From assembly GCA_964569655.1 (NCBI GenBank), contig CAZMTN010000002.1:134295-198294 (forward strand): a stretch of 64,000 nt of DNA, read 5' to 3'. Numbering within the stretch: position 1 is the first letter of the stretch; the number at the start of each line of letters is the position of its first letter. The notes beneath the pieces were generated by a model. The model worked only from the letters and a program-made list of their open reading frames with translations, was not told where the DNA came from and ran no database searches. Positions 63,211 through 64,000 of the stretch are shown piece by piece. The DNA comes from an uncultured Candidatus Saccharibacteria bacterium (GTDB taxonomy: Bacteria; Patescibacteriota; Minisyncoccia; Phycocordibacterales; Phycocordibacteraceae). Position numbers and translations under genes: made by a program.

Positions 63211-63837
63211 TTAGGTATAGGTAAGAGCAACGTACATGTGCGTGGTAGTCGCGAGCAGGATCAGCACATGCTGCACTTCTCGGAACCCGAAGAGCTCGGG
63301 GAAGGGATCAGGCCGCTGCAGCGCGAGCACCAGCTGTTGTGCCAAGTAGAGCGCTGCTCCAGCCCAGAATGCGAGCCATGGCCAGAAAGGAAGCCACCGT
63401 TGCAATTCATAGAAGGAAATCACGAGGCCGGCAGCAGACGACCCCGCATACAGAAGCCCGATGAAGAGCTGCCGCGTTCCAGCCAGTAGGAAGCCGATCC
63501 CGATCACCACGCCGATCGCGACGCCGGCCAGATGCACCACCGCTTCATCGGGCGGCAGGAACCCGCCCCAATACGGCACGAAGGTTGCGCCGATCAGCAT
63601 GAAGATGACGCTCTGATCGATCAGCCTCCTCCATGGAGAGAACCGAGCCCAGTGATAGTTGAAGCTGACGACAAACTGAAGCATGATCGTCAGCGGTAAG
63701 AATGCTGCGGCCGGCGATGGCCGGTAGGCGACAAGAAAAGCCAGCGCGATCGCGAATCCGATCGTATCGAGTATGCAGACGACAGGGTGGCGCGGACGCC
63801 ATCCCGGCGTGTCTTCAAGGTACGCGAGTGCGTTCAT
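63211..63837 (-). CDS. hemolysin III / PAQR family membrane protein
   Basis: 208 aa; 7 TM; conserved HW..R and metal-binding His positions of the HlyIII family. Confidence 0.65.
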   Translation of the reverse strand: MNALAYLEDTPGWRPRHPVVCILDTIGFAIALAFLVAYRPSPAAAFLPLTIMLQFVVSFNYHWARFSPWRRLIDQSVIFMLIGATFVPYWGGFLPPDEAVVHLAGVAIGVVIGIGFLLAGTRQLFIGLLYAGSSAAGLVISFYELQRWLPFWPWLAFWAGAALYLAQQLVLALQRPDPFPELFGFREVQHVLILLATTTHMYVALTYT

Positions 63838-64000
63838 GGGTGTCCCCCGTAAAACTCTCCCGAGACCCTAGCACGCCCTTCAGAAAAGCGCATTTTGGAC
63901 AGGGTTTTTGCGCTACCCGTCAAGAGTTGCGCGAATAGGGGAGGGACGAGACAATGCTCGGACATGGACCCGCTCTCAAAGCTCTTCGGCAGCCCCCAGA

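Noticed and set aside
63838-64000. Right-edge sequence as a gene start
   Set aside because: No ORF of meaningful length; it is likely the promoter region of the hemolysin-III gene and of whatever lies beyond the window.

Overview
This is a high-GC (about 60%+ by eye), gene-dense bacterial chromosomal segment coding on both strands. The content points to a reduced-genome, Patescibacteria/CPR-like organism, but that lineage call is an inference. A class II alpha2-type GlyRS and split ribosomal clusters are consistent with it. Recognisable housekeeping genes: ruvB, ruvA, ruvX, recO, recA, ftsK, polA plus a holA-like gene, tsaE, argS, ileS, glyS, metG, efp, uppS, rluD-like, tatD, ssb, nusG, secE, mscL, sppA and an ECF sigma factor. 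Ribosomal proteins S20, L19, L11, S6, S18, L10 and L7/L12 are present. Type IV pilus genes sit at two loci (pilB; pilM-N-O plus a small membrane protein). There is a compact pyrimidine/thymidylate/folate module: pyrD, pyrC, an NT5C-like nucleotidase, and dcd-thyA head-to-head with tmk-glyA, next to folA and a 5-FTHF cyclo-ligase. I can place 10 tRNAs (Lys, Arg x3, Ser, Leu x2, Val, His). There are many clean rho-independent terminators, several sigma70-like TTGACA-N17-TATCCT/CATTAT promoters, and an L10-leader-like 5' UTR before rplJ-rplL. Three things stand out. First, a lower-GC island at about 55.7-62.0 kb carries a winged-helix regulator-like ORF, a roughly 500-nt ORF-free and hairpin-rich region, two large paralogous acidic surface proteins with peptidoglycan-binding domains in permuted positions, and two further foreign-looking ORFs. 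Second, IleRS carries an inserted histidine-phosphatase (PGAM-like) domain inside its catalytic core. Third, thyA and tmk are divergent genes whose start codons lie 18 bp apart around a palindromic -10-like element, which implies leaderless transcripts. There is no rRNA, CRISPR array, integrase or transposase. The many long antisense ORFs are high-GC artefacts.
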